Assembly: GCA_046563655.1 (NCBI GenBank) | Contig: CM102290.1 | Location: 3,658,001 to 3,722,000, forward strand | Source of the DNA: Yuukianura sp. NJ FZ-2021 | Lineage: Eukaryota | Direction of reading: 5' to 3' | DNA length: 64,000 nucleotides | Shown: positions 1 through 13,040 of the stretch, one piece after another | How the letters are laid out: each line of letters begins with the position of its first letter | Position numbering within the stretch: the first letter of the stretch is position 1 | Notes under the pieces: model-generated | What the model was told of the DNA's origin: nothing | Databases searched by the model: none | What the model saw: the letters and a program-made list of their open reading frames with translations, nothing else | Position numbers and translations under genes: made by a program

Positions 1-1013
1 GGTTATTTGTCCTAACTGGCAGTCTCCAAATCCTGGAGGAATTGAACTTTGGATTTAGTTTTGGTGGAAAAAGTGAGTCTGGTGTAGCCTAACCTAGTAA
101 GTGGCTTGAGGTGGAGAGTGGCAAGTGGTTCTGGAGGGAGCCAAGAACTGCAAGTGACGGTGTCCTGGTCTCCGTGGACCAAAATGGAGAAAGTGGGGGT
201 GTTGTACAAGTAGGGGAGACACTCCTCGTGTCCTCCAGTTTCGAAGCTTGAACCAACTTGGCTTCGGGAACGAACGGCTCCTTTTCAATGACTCAGATGG
301 AGAAAGTAGTGAAAGGTTAGGCTGGATGGACTAAATGGGCGGAGATCCAGGCGCATGACACTACGACGCAAACACACCACGCAAACTTGTGCTCCGGCGC
401 TCCTTTCTTTCAGTTTTTAACTTTTTCGCCCGCTGGAGTCACTTTTTGAGTTTGGTCTAGAAAGTTTTTTGAGGAACTTGAGAATAAAACTGTTTTGAAT
501 TTTACGTAGCATTTCCGTTTTGCCATAATTCGTTTCATAATTCAAAATTTTCAAGCCATTTAAAAATAGTTATTTTTATTTATTTATTCTTTTCAAAAAG
601 AAAAACTTTGCAGTTGCGTTTCGTCCACCGTTATGTTTCCCACCAAAATTCAGACTCATTTGAAACCGGATCAAAATCGATTAAAACATGGTGATGAAAT
701 ATGATTTTTTAGGTATAGTAGGATTTCTGTAGAACGTATACGGCACAAGAGGAAGATGACGATGGTTCTTGGATCCGAACAGTTGAGTACTATATTGAAC
801 AAGCGAAGATGGTATTACATGTGGCACTGCCATTCCAACCAAAAATGGAACCTAAACCCACTCAAATCTTTTTTTGAATTTCGAAAATTCCCGCCTTTGC
901 GTTTCCATGGAACCAAAACCCGATGCGGGGAAACCAAATTTCGAACAAACAAAAGAGTCAATATTTATAGCGCAAGTAGGGGGCGGCATTTGTCAAAAAA
1001 AAATCTGAGCTAA

Positions 1014-1180
1014 CGACACCGCAATACGTGAATTATTATTGTTGCCTCGACACGGTAGTTCGCGACGTGAATTTTTGTCGAGACGCGGTATCACGCCACG
1101 TGAATATTTGTCTGGAACGCTAGTTGAAGACGTCAATTTCCTTCTGGACGCCACTGCACGTTACCATCGTGAATTTTTTT
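1014..1180. repeat. Degenerate ~33-bp tandem repeat (about 5 copies) with an (A)CGTGAAT core, just upstream of the ATG at 1222
   Basis: Successive units such as gacacggtagttcgcgacgtgaatttttgtc and gagacgcggtatcacgccacgtgaatatttgtc; CGTGAAT or a near variant recurs at about 33-nt spacing. Confidence 0.6.
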
Positions 1181-1221
1181 GCTCTCTTCAAACGCTTCCA
1201 ATTAAATTGAAGTTGAAAATA

Positions 1222-1969
1222 ATGTCTGGCGACACAGCGAAAAAAATGTTTGAGATTCAGCGCCAAGCAAATCGTTTTACATCTGAAGTGCAAGACTACG
1301 TTCGAAGCCTGGCTCAATGGACAGAGGAAATGAAGGTGGCGGAAAATTTGAAAATTGAAAATGACAAAACCATCAAGGAGGTTCGTTATGTACTTACAAA
1401 GTACCACCATCACTACCTTTGGCCTTAACGTGGAACTCGAAAAAAACAAGTACACTTGGAAAATAATAGGATTTTATTTTCGCAAAAATTCAAAAGGAAT
1501 TTTTCATTCATTTTCCCGCTTTCCCCTGCCATTGTCATCTCCAGTCGCTCAAAATTCAAAGAATTCCTCCCGCTTTTTTTTCTTTGCTGGCATTTCTTTG
1601 TCAAACATTTCTCGAAATTTCTCTGTTCCGTGGAATTTTTTAAAAAAGACTTTTTTGATGCTGTTGGGCGAGAAGTCAAGTTAAATTTTTCATTTCGACG
1701 AATTGCTTTCGTGATTCTAAATCCAAAAATACGCCAAACGAAATTCTTTTTTATAGTTTAAATTAAAATACCCAAAATGGTAATCCATTATCCACAAATC
1801 CATTCTTCTTCGGTCAAATTGTTTTAAATAATTTTTATCGTTAAACTTTAATTTTTGAACTTTTTTTTTTCAGAAAAGTGACGGCGGAACCAAAGCCCAA
1901 AAAATGTCAAACCGAATTCCACTTTGGACTGAAGATGATTGGGAAAATGGAAGAGGGCCCACAGCCTAA
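1222..1969 (+). CDS. Two-exon 84-aa protein resembling the RPAP3/Spaghetti N-terminal segment only (exons 1222-1380, 1874-1969)
   Basis: MSGDTAKKMFEIQRQANRFTSEVQDYVRSLAQWTEEMK resembles the recalled RPAP3 N-terminus (KAIELQLQVKQNAEELQDFMRDLENWEKDIK). Donor GAG|GTTCGT and poly-T CAG acceptor at 1873 join in phase 0 to KSDGGTKAQKMSNRIPLWTEDDWENGRGPTA*. Confidence 0.55.
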
Positions 1970-2863
1970 AAAAAGCGACATCCCATGCAGTGCTAAAATA
2001 CTACAAATCGTAATTTCAAAATATGAAAGTCACAATTTCAAAAACAGAAACGTGAACTGTGAAAAAAACATAGTTTGGCATTGAAATGAAATCAATCATG
2101 TTTCATTTTGAAAATATAAAAACGTAAAAAAAGAATACTGAACACCTTGATGTTTTATCTGTAAAAAGAAATAAACAGGTTTGTAACAAAAGCGGATCCG
2201 GATGTGACCAAAAATTACACCGAGCCCAAAATTTCAAAAAATTACTTACGAATTTAGGTAGGTACACAATTTCAAAATTTTGATTTTCCTGAACGTTTAG
2301 GCCAGGCCTTGGAATTTGTTTAATTAAGAAAAAGAAAATTGGTGCAAATTCCTATATGAATGTTCCATTTCTACGCAGGAGTGGCCTGATTTTTTGTTAT
2401 TCCTGGGCCAAGGCCTTTGTGTATGACTCAAGGGCCTCTTCCAAGGGACTCGATGACTCAAGTTGAGTTGCTCAAGTGGTCCCTTTGGGGAAGTTGCCAT
2501 TGCTCAACACTGTACCAGGACAGACACTTTTGGTGTCAAAATGTGTGGTTGAAGGTTTTGTGCAGAATGGTTAGGTTTAGGAAACCAACTCTCTGCAATT
2601 GGAATGGGAAGACCAAAAAGACATCTTTCCTCACCGCACGCGTTATTATTGTTTTCCCACTTGCAAAGAACACAAATCTCGGCTTCTTCAAAGAAACATA
2701 ACCAAAGTGGCCCATTGTGATTGTGAGAGTGAACGTGGTCAGACGGAAGCTTCTGTGTCAGTAGGTCTGATCTTCTTACAGACATTTTTTTGTTGTCATC
2801 GCTTCGGTTTAGTTTAGTTTTTCTTTAATTTTTGAAATTTCCCTCCAAAAGAGACATAACAAA

Positions 2864-5800
2864 ATGTACTGCGCATGGCAGACTTTGTCTGGACTGGTCT
2901 TCTTCTTCCTGTCCTCCTCTGTGTGCCTTTTGACTGCCTTTGATCGTGACCAGGTTCTTCAGATCTCGGGTAGGTCAAGGTCAAGGACCTTTGGGAAGTG
3001 AAATTAAGGGCCCAGGGGGACTTATTTCAATTTTTTTGGAAATCTTCTTTGAAATAGAACTTAAGGAACCCTTAACGGGACTTGGTTTGTCCAGGTTTTA
3101 AGGAAATCCTCTTACCTTCACCTCCTTACCTTTAGATTTACCTTAACCTTGTTTTTTTTACACTAAAAAAAATTGGGAACGAAACAAGACACGATTTTTC
3201 AAAAATTTTTGAAAGAAAAAGTGAATTAATTTTAAAAATAAGCTTTTGCATTTTTGCATTGAGAAGATAATGGTATCTGTATGCTTTGTTGATGTTTTTT
3301 TTCATGTTCTGTTTTTATGTATTTTGAAAGTGTCAAATTTGAAAATCCAAATTAGAAAAACGTGTCATTTGAAATGAAGTGTCAAGATTTAAAGATGGAT
3401 TTTGGCGTTAAAAGTTTGTAACCGTGTAAGATTTGAAGCAGAGCGGAACAATGACAGGTTGGACTTGGAACGTATTGTTAGAAAGTACAATTCATCTCCC
3501 CCCTCATTCCACGCTTGAAGCATAGACTTAAGTCTCCCCACTGGCTGAAACATAGACTTAAGTCCCCCACTGGTTCAAGAATGTCTTAATTCGAGTGAGA
3601 ATGAGAGTGGTTTAAAGGACAAGGTGAGTGAGTGGATCTTCTTCATCTTGTTTACCAGCGGAAGTTAACTTAAACTTTCTAAAACAAACAATTGAATTGA
3701 TACGACTCATGCAGGAGGACGCCAAAACAGAAAAAAAAACAAGAAAAGTCAGTTTTAACGTCCTTGATTCTGCCGGTACGGCTTGTGCCTTTTAAATTTG
3801 AAATTTAATAACGTTTAAGTGAAGGTATTAAAAATAATGGGGATGATTTTGATGCATTAGGAATTAAAAAACTGTCAATTACACAGTAGAGTTAAAATTT
3901 GAAAAAAATACGTTATCGTAAGTTAGTTTCATTTTTTCACTTTGTTTGTTCTGTTTTTGTTTTCTTGTGTGTTTTCTTTTTTCTTTTTCATTTTTAGAAT
4001 TTTAAACACCTTTTTTTCAGACTCTGAAAAAGTTTCTTCTGTTAAAACGGAACTATAGCTAAATAGGAAGTTTGTGGAAAAATTTTGTGATTGAAATCAT
4101 TTCACTTTTAGTTTCGTTTTTTTATGATTTTGAAAATTCCCTGTGAACTTTTTAGAGTTACAAAAAAGTTAATTACAAATCCAGTTTCTCTTTTTGATTT
4201 TGATTCCTATTCTTTAACCCTAAGTAGAAAAGAACGTAAAAAATTTGAAAAAAATGAAATGAGAAGTTGATAATCAAGTTAAACTTTCAATTTTTGTAAT
4301 AAACTTTACAATTGCAGTTAATTCCACACGCTTTATTTTTTTATGGTTTAAACGGAACCTCTCTACTCTTCGAAAGAAGAAAGTGACATCAAGTTGATGA
4401 GAAAAAAATAGCCTCAAAACAAATTTCAATTTTAAAATTGGTTCTATTCGAAAACAAAAAAGAATCAATTTGAAAGTTTGTTTTAATTAAAACGATGAAA
4501 TTAACTAAACGACGAAATAATAAGGAAGCCGGTTAAGCTTAAAAAAGCAAAATAAAATATGGGAATGGGAAAACTACTTAGACATTTTCCACGTAAATTT
4601 TTGTTCAAATTTGTTTTGAAAATCATGCAGGTTTCCAAAATTTTATGAACTAGATGAGAGGTACGAATTCAACTGAAAATAAATGTCTAAAATTTGAACT
4701 TTTTTTTTCCCATTTTTGTCTGATGTTTAGGTACATATAAAATAGCACCTAATCCATGTGAAGTGGAGACTGTGAGAGGTACATGCATGTTTGTCTGGGA
4801 ATGTCTCAAATCCGAAGGACATCATCTGGGCATGTGCGTCGACGGATTCATGTTCGGTTCATGTTGTCGTCATAACGACACGACAAATCACGTAACTCCG
4901 CCCCCAATTCAGCCAACCAGTAGTCCCCCCTCACCCGCACCAACAATCCCCGTGTCAAAACCGTGGGCGGAGGTCACAGCTAATCCTACAGGTCAACGAC
5001 CTCAGCTTCCATCTTCTACAACAACGCAACGTCCAGTATTAGTTACTGCGCCTGCGCAGAACCCTTCCGTCACTGACCGCCCTTCAACAATATTCATTGA
5101 TCCGCAAACGACAACTACGACTGTGGAACCGGAAGTTATGGAGCAGGAGGAAGTCGAATGTGGAGTGGCTCCGTTACATCCACATCAAATGCGGATTGTG
5201 GGTGGAGGGGAAGGTAAAACTTTTTTGAAAATTTTCATTTTCAAAATAAACTTTAACAATGCATTTTTTTTTAATTTGAAGCTTCCTTTGGCCTGTTTCC
5301 GTGGATTACGTCTATTCGTCGTACATCATTTTTTGGCTTCTCCTCAACACATCGTTGTGGTGGAGCTCTGCTGAATAATAACTGGGTGGCCACAGCAGGC
5401 AATTCACTCAAAATTTTAACATTTGACTTTGGTTCAAAATTTTTTGAATTTACTTTTTTGTAAACTTGGCTTTGAATTGTGTTTTTTTTCCGAATGTCAA
5501 AGGTCACTGTGTCGATGATCTCCTCACGTCACAAATCAGGGTTCGGCTGGGAGAGTGGGACTTTAGTGCAACTACGGAGAAATACCCACATGTTGAGCGG
5601 ACTGTGATTAAAAAAGTTAGTTAAAATTATAGTTAATTAGTCAATTTAATGAGAATTTAACAATGAACTTTGCCCTCCAGGTCGTTCACCCCAACTATAA
5701 CTTTTTTACGTATGAAAATGACCTGGCCCTGCTCAAGTTGGAAACACCGCTCAAATATTCTCGACATATCAGTCCCATTTGCTTACCAGGAAATGACGAC

Positions 5801-6502
5801 TTACTAGTAGGAAAAAATGCAACTGTTGCTGGTAAGTTCTTAATGAAACTCATTTTAAAAATTTCAAAATTTTGACAGCTTTAAAAAAAAAACAGCGTTG
5901 TAAAAGTTTAGGATATGAAAAAGCAACGGGGCGAAAGTGAAAGTTTTTTTTTTTATAAAAAAGAAACCACAGAGGAGGCCCCGAATGATTTTCAGTTCGC
6001 ATTCACTTGGGAAATTTTTTGTTAAAGTTAACTAACTCTGGAAAAATTATTTTAAATTTAACTTAAATTAAGTTAACTTTTTAGTTGATACGCAATTCTT
6101 TTCGTCAGGTTGGGGTCGTCTGTCAGAAAATGGTCTCTTGCCGTCAAAACTCCAGCATGTGACGGTACCCATCATGTCCAATGCCAAATGCCGTGAACTT
6201 TTTTTAAAATCTAACCGAGTTGAGCACATTCCAGACATTTTCTTATGTGCTGGTTATGAAAAGGGAGGTCAAGACAGGTATGCTCATGACTCAAAATTTT
6301 CATAAAAGAAATCAAAATTTTTTGTTTCTTGGTTAGCTGTCAAGGTGACAGTGGTGGCCCACTGCAGGTCAAAGACAAAGATGGGCGATACTTCCTTGGT
6401 GGCATCATCAGTTGGGGAATTGGATGTGCCGAGGCCAATATGCCTGGTGTATGTACACGAATTAGTAAATTTACAGATTGGATTTTACAACAAGTTACGT
6501 AA
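2864..6502 (+). CDS. Sb: Stubble-type clip/disulfide-knot trypsin-like serine protease, 434 aa, 7 exons (2864-2969, 4731-5213, 5282-5398, 5503-5615, 5681-5831, 6109-6277, 6337-6502)
   Basis: Hydrophobic N-terminus; knot [32 protein letters not shown]-rich stem; activation site [23 protein letters not shown]; catalytic motifs TAGHC, NDLAL and GDSGGP. Exon phases join to 1305 nt. Confidence 0.95.
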
Positions 6503-7166
6503 ATGTTAGGAAAAATCAAATTTCTGAACCTAGCAAGTGGCCATGACTCACTAAATTAGTTAACACTTTATAATTAGAGGTTAGTTAGGCTAATCTAACC
6601 TTAAGGTAACTCGGAAGTTACTAACATTTTTTAAATTTTGAATTTAAACACTCCCGAGGAAGGGCTCCTCCTATTATAAACCTAGTCAAACAAGTATTAT
6701 TTTAAATCCTTCTTTTATACATTTTTTAAAACTAAAAATATTAAAAATTGTAATAAACAACGGCTGTGGTGCCAAACTGTAAGTAAAAAGTTAGGGTAAT
6801 TGAGCTTCCTATTATACTTTTAAATGTATTAAAGTTTTTACTCGAAAATTGATTGAATTGAATTAATTGTAAAAGTTGGAGTTTAATTAATTGAATTCAA
6901 TATTATAATTAATGAAATTTTAAATATAATTAATTTGCTTTAACTACATTTAATGTCGTCTCGATAAGGACACGACCACGCTTCTCTTTTACGCGCGAAA
7001 ATAGCAAGATTTTTTTTGAATGACCGGGAATTTCATAATTTACTAATTTTTGGATTTCAATTTCTCTAAATATTTTCATTCCATTTAGTTTTTCTAATCC
7101 GTATTTTGTTTTGAAAAAGTGCAAGACAATTTAGGTTAGGTTTAATTGCAAGACAATTGTTTAGAA

Positions 7167-8950
7167 ATGATTACGCCACGATTTAAAATAGAGCAAACCC
7201 ATGACACTGTGATCATAAGCATACTGGCACCATACACCGATATCAAGAGGACAGAGATTCATGTCCTGGAAGAAGATGTCCGATTTTACTCAGCTCCATA
7301 CTACCTAAGGTAAATTGGTTGACTAGATGAATAACAAACCAATGAAGGTTGGAAAAGTTAAGTGGAAATACTAATATTTGACCTTTGACTTTTAGGCTCA
7401 ATTTACCGGGTAAAGTAGATGAAGGAGAGCACAGTTCGGCCACCTACAATGCAGACACACATAACTTCGTCGTTGTCCTGGACAAGGTGACTCCTGGAGA
7501 AGTATTTCAGAATCTAGACATGCTGACAACCATGCTTCAGCCTAAACCAGAACAATCGTTCGGAGCAAATCCGCTCATTGAAGTTATGTCCAGTAAGCTA
7601 TGATTGACTGGACAAATTAAAAAAAAGAGTAAAGGGCGATGCTAACGTTGTGAATTTTGTTCTTATAGGCAGTGGCAATGGGGACAGCGATATGGAGTCA
7701 TTGATGATAGATTGCAACGACTGGTTTATCAATCAAACTTTACAAGAAGACCAACCTAGCGAGCAGCTTCTGCAAAAGTTCAAGTATGGCTTTGGTTCAA
7801 GACATAGTGGGCTCGGTACTAAATATGAAGTAAGGTCACCAAATTGCGATTCTTTGAATGATTCTTCCTGTCTTTTTTTTTTTTGTTGGTAACGAATTTA
7901 ATTTGTCAAATTTTGTGTGTAATTGTAGGTTGAGCTGGCTCAAGTTGCCGAAATCAAAAATCCAGACAGCATCTCCCAAAGTCAGCGAATCACAATGCAA
8001 GAGGAACAAGAGAATGAAAAGTTTTCAGATGACCACTACCTGCAAGACCTAATGGAAAGTGATTTGTCTCCGTTTCTAGAATACAAGTTAGACATGTCCA
8101 AATTCCAGAGTCTGACTGAATCGGACCGTGATCAGTTGAAAAATTTTGCAAATCAAGAATTTCTCTTTGACAAATCTGAACAAATGCAACTTTTTCTTGG
8201 CGTTGTGGACATAATTTTCGCTTATCTTTATGACATGAGAATTAACACTGGAAAGACTTGTGTAGAATCCCAGTGGAATATTTCAAGGCTTAGCTCGACT
8301 TTGAGCTACTTTCAGGTAAGTACAATTCAACACTCTAAACAAGAATTTAACAAACTCATACTCGTGTTTCCAGGTTTTCCAAAATATGGACGTCGTTGTG
8401 CGATCATGCATTCGTAGGTCCCTGGCTTATCCGTTGTGGCGACATTGGGATTTGAGTTTGAAAGTTCTCAAGGATACACATGACGTCATTGCCGCTGGTA
8501 AGAGACTTACCAGTATTGCTCAATTTTCAGCTCAAGTTAAACTTGTCAATTACTAACTTATAGGAAACTTGCCAATTTTAAAGTGTTTTCTGGGGATACA
8601 AAAACTGTTTTCGAAGCGCGAGCCGTATTACCTTCTAAATCAACTATACATCAATCAGTACTGCATATGGGTTCAGCAGGCGTCTGTGGAAAATTGGAAC
8701 AGCCTTGCCGACGGATTGAGCGTAGTAAAACAAAAATTCTATAATATCAACACTTGTATTTCTAAAATCCATTCTAATTTATGATTTTATGTAGGCCATT
8801 TGCAACGTGACGAAAGAGCAAGTTGGTTTTGACATTACCTATCTGGAGATTGCTGCTCAGGCGACCATTGATGAGGAAATGGATGAAGAAATGAGCCACA
8901 AAATTTCTGGAATGGTGCTACAAGAAAACGATGATGACGACATCGAATAG
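7167..8950 (+). CDS. SHQ1: SHQ1 homologue, H/ACA RNP assembly factor (about 7 exons)
   Basis: Starts MITPRFKIEQTHDTVIISILAPY...FYSAPYYLRLNLPG (CS domain), followed by KYGFG, FSDDHYLQD, LGVVDIIFAYLYD...CVESQWNISRLSSTLS, RRSLAYPLWRHW and EPYYLLNQLYINQYCIWVQ; short GT-AG introns. Confidence 0.93.
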
Positions 8951-9430
8951 ATATTCAGGTCTTGAATAAGATATTTTTGAGAGCTATTATTATAACTATA
9001 CTAATAGTTAAACTTATTTTTTCAAGATTTAGTTGTAAACTGCAAGTAGATCCTTTTCACATCCATTTTTAGCGATAATAAGTAACTAGATTGTGAATCG
9101 ATTTTAAAACAAGAATTTGTTGTTGTTGTTGAGCAGCTGAGATTCGACACAACGGCGGGAATTTCATGATTGATTTTTTTTTTGTAACTGGAGTTTTGGT
9201 TTTGTTAAAAAATTAATTTGGTTGCTGATTAATTCGGAATTCGCATTTCTAGTTTTTCTGGTTTTACTTTTTATTTCACTTTTTTGTGTGCTAACCGACT
9301 GACATTAGTTTTTGCAAACCTGATCTGTCAACTTACTGATGAGATGGAACCGTGAAATGGTCGAGGTTATTGAGGACGCAGCACGCAAGGGCAAGACGAA
9401 CGTTAATCGTAATTGAGTTAGGTTAGAAAA

Positions 9431-12400
9431 ATGGAATCCGAATCAATCGGTATCGGTGATTATCCGCTCTTGGTCAAGGTCCAAACAATTGATATCCAAG
9501 GGTTGGATACCAAAACAATTGGAGCATTTAAGCCAAAGAATGTGAGTTTATAAACTTGCGGTAATTAGCTTACTTTAAATCTTTCCAGTTTACTAATTTG
9601 TTTGTTTCGTTTCAGGTAACGTGCATAGAGGCATCCAACCTGCTGATTTTCGTTGGGGTAACGTCTGGAACCGTTTACGTCTTTTCCAGAGAAACGCGTG
9701 CCTACAAGTACATGATACCGTTCACTGGAGGTAAAGTTTGCTGCATCTCTTGTTCCGAAAATGAAAAGGAAGTTGCGATTGGGTCGATTCGTGGAATAGT
9801 ATCAATCTATGAATTGATTAAGGAGAGACCAATCAAGGTTCGACAAACGAAGTCCACCCCGGCGCCTGCCTTTTTCAAGTACATTGCCACCGTACAGCAT
9901 CACAAAGGAAATGAAATCACGGAACTGCTATGGAGTCCAAACGGGAAATACTTATTTGTCGGTGATACGCAGGGCATTGTGTCTCAGACGGATGTAAGTT
10001 TAGAAAAGAACGAAGAAATTGGAAAGAGCTTAACTGTAATGTAATTGACTTTGTTGTGATAGGTCGGAGGGTACAATGACCAACGGCCCATGTCAGAAGT
10101 CATTTTGAAATTGAAATCTCGCGTCATCCAGATCCAGTTTCTCTTTCCATTTCTGGCAATTTGTACTGTGTCAGCCGTCTTCTTGGGTGACATTGAAAAC
10201 GAAGATTTTGCTCGAATACAGTTTGGTTCCAAGTCGAAAGAAGAAATTCAAGCGACGGGGTTGGCCCTTGTTTTGGCCGACTTACGGCTCAACGAGACGC
10301 ATGCTACAGTGTACTTGTACGTCAGTGAAATGAAGACCGGGATGCTCCATCGCTTCAATTTGCAAGGACAGCTACTAGAGTCACAGAAAATCACAATTGA
10401 TTCCAAAAGTCAAGCTCCGATCACATCGTTTGACCCAATTGATATCAGTGAAGAAATTCTATCAACCACCACGTATGCAACAAACAAGTCAAAGGATGTA
10501 AATCCAGTTGTCTCCTTAGGTAAGCTTATGCTTAGTGATGAGAATCTCCTTCTCTCCGTGTCGCAGAACAATCTCTACGTCATTGATCCCACCAAGATGA
10601 AACTCGTTTACTGGAATGATGAGTTTCGGAAAATTCAAAATTCAAAACTACAATCAAACTATGTGTTCCTGTGGAGCAGCGCCCGAGTTATCGTTCTATC
10701 TCTTACACCCCTATTTCCATATGCTGAGCAATTGTTCAATGCTGGCACAACTGTTCCTTTTCAGCGTTGGATTCATCACTGCCTTGTCGCTATTGGTTGG
10801 AAACCGACACAAGAGGAGGACTCAGAAACCAATTTAAAAGTTATCGATGACTTCTGCACTGCTTTTCATCTGAGAGGTAACAACGGATCCAATACAATTG
10901 ATTTCCGACAATCGATTTCCCTTCAAATTCCATTTGCCATTCCACAACAAGGTAATCCAACTTTTCATATGATTTAAAAAATACCCTTCCAGAAGCGCTT
11001 CAACTTTTTTTTGATCAATTAGATTCGAAACAACAACAGGACGAGATGGAGTACCAATTTGAACAGCCAACGACTGATCCGCAATTGAATTTAGTTGGAA
11101 AATTGTTAGAAGCCTTTGAAGAATACGAAATCGGAAGGGAGAAGATACTGCAAGAGAACGGGAATTCCTGCAATGTTCAATCAACCAATATTTGGACAGC
11201 AATTGAAGCTTTCTATTCTTCAGTAGCTGCTAACATGTCGTTTCTGGACAGTTCCGAATCACCTACACTGATGCAGGCTATTACAAAGATTGAGAATGGA
11301 TGGATTATGGAGTCAACTGTAGTTAACCTATACAATAACCTAGTCACCACTTCAACTGCTGAAGAAGTACAACTCTTGAACGAATCAATTCTTAACTTCC
11401 TCAAGGCTGAACTTTCCAACCCAGACTACATTTCAAATCATACCGATCAGCTGGACTCACCAATTGGTTCATTACATCCCTTCAGCTCTTTCGTTTGTCA
11501 AAACTTTGTCACTGACTGGTTCGGAGAACTCGGGATATCAAAACTTCAAGCATATCAAGACGCCTTGTACGCCGACATGCTGCTCGTCCTTATTCCTTTC
11601 CTGTCACCCGAGATGCGAAATAATCTAGGGACAGACCTTGGATCAAGTCACGGATTTTCAACTTGGCTGCTCCTGTCAACGTTTTACAATGTTGGTCAAC
11701 TTCAAAACCCTTACGAGATGCAGCTCAAGTCCCTTTTTAATTCAGGAACTACACCGTCGTACCACTTTGTCAAGACCATTTTCAATTCAATTTATGGAGA
11801 TTTGGTTCAGAGTAACCTTCGACCTCTTCAGAACTCACTCCATCATCTCGTATCTCTACTCTATTTTATCACCGATCCAGAAGATGTTGTTCGTCAAGAA
11901 GGAGTTTCTAAGCAAAATGGAATCCTGTCGCTACTCATATCATCGTTTCCACTAAAACATTGGTCAAGAGAGAAGATTTTTCCGAAATTAACTAGTCTTT
12001 GTCGTTCCAATTCAACTTTACTCAAGATGTACGAGGCAGCATGCTTATTTTCTATTCGAGATACCAAATTCTGTCGATGCGGAATTCCAGCTGAGTGTGG
12101 TCCAGAAAGATTCATTTCGTCAACGGCTTCTTCATCTACTGGAATGTCAACGTTCCTGTCAACTGTAAAAGAAGTCGTAATTGATCTCCGAATGAGTCAT
12201 CTTCGAAGTATCATCGCTCGCTCGAAACTGGAACGTCATGTACTAACATCTACTGAATTTCCATTCAAGTTGACAATGGCTAGGAAGATAATTGATGGTT
12301 TTTGGACAAGTCACTATCAACTGCTGGACGAAACGACTCTGATGGAACTCATGCTGCGAATGGGTTCCTGTCCTTTGCTCAATGTCTTTCCAATGACAAA

Positions 12401-12831
12401 GTCCAGAATCAGTGCCTTACTGCAAAGACGTGACTCTATCATACAAAATCAAACTTGCGAAGGGTGTGGAGATGCCTTAGTAGTATCAAAAGATTTTGCT
12501 TCAATCTCTACAGAGTGCCTTGGAATGACGATTTTTAACAATCATTGTTTCCAGTCACTGGACAAATTTCGTCAACTGGTCGAAGAAGTGCCAGGTCTCA
12601 ACAGTCCGGGGATGTTCTCCCTGAGGTACGCCAAAACAACTGAAACATTACTTACAATTTATAACATGATTCCAATGATCTTTGACATTTTGGATCTTAC
12701 TGTACAGATTCTATCAAGAAATTGCTTCGTCACTGGCCAAAGGACAAGTTCACCGGGACAACACCAATTATACCAATGGATTTGGGAGACTGACCAACAT
12801 ATCTTGCGAGTGTTTTCATACAAAGCACTAG
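9431..12831 (+). CDS. HPS5 (pink)/TECPR2-like protein with N-terminal WD40 propeller; about 5 exons, 3' end uncertain (12831 if the last intron is spliced, 12842 if not)
   Basis: Exons about 9431-9541, 9616-9993, 10063-10951, 11023-12625 and 12708-12831. VTCIEAS..IFVGVTSGTVYVFSR and HKGNEITELLWSPNGKYLFVGDTQGIVS match the recalled HPS5/TECPR2 propeller. A long helical C-terminal half with CRCGIP and CEGCG and no visible tectonin repeats favours HPS5. Confidence 0.65.
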
Positions 12832-13040
12832 TTAGTACCTAAGTAGACACCAAAAGACTCCAAATACATAATCAGCTTTACGTAAATTTTGAAATTTTAT
12901 TTTTGGATGAAAGAAATTTCAACTTGTCGAAGGTAGTACATAAGTTAAAGATGAGTTAGCTAGCAAGTTAGATGATTTGTCTTTAACTTTACTTTAAACA
13001 GTAAAAAAATTCAACTGCTTATCATCAATTGAATTATATT

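Noticed and set aside
12..356. Short GC-richer minus-strand ORFs at the window start
   Set aside because: May belong to a gene running off the window edge, but I found no recognisable protein or consistent start/splice structure.
3517..3575. 30-bp direct duplication in Stubble intron 1 (and a 33-bp one at about 43275-43330)
   Set aside because: Ordinary two-copy slippage duplications with no further structure.
11046..12842. 598-aa ORF as an independent gene
   Set aside because: A short GT-AG intron (about 10952-11022) links it to the upstream WD40 exons, so it is the large exon of the HPS5-like gene.
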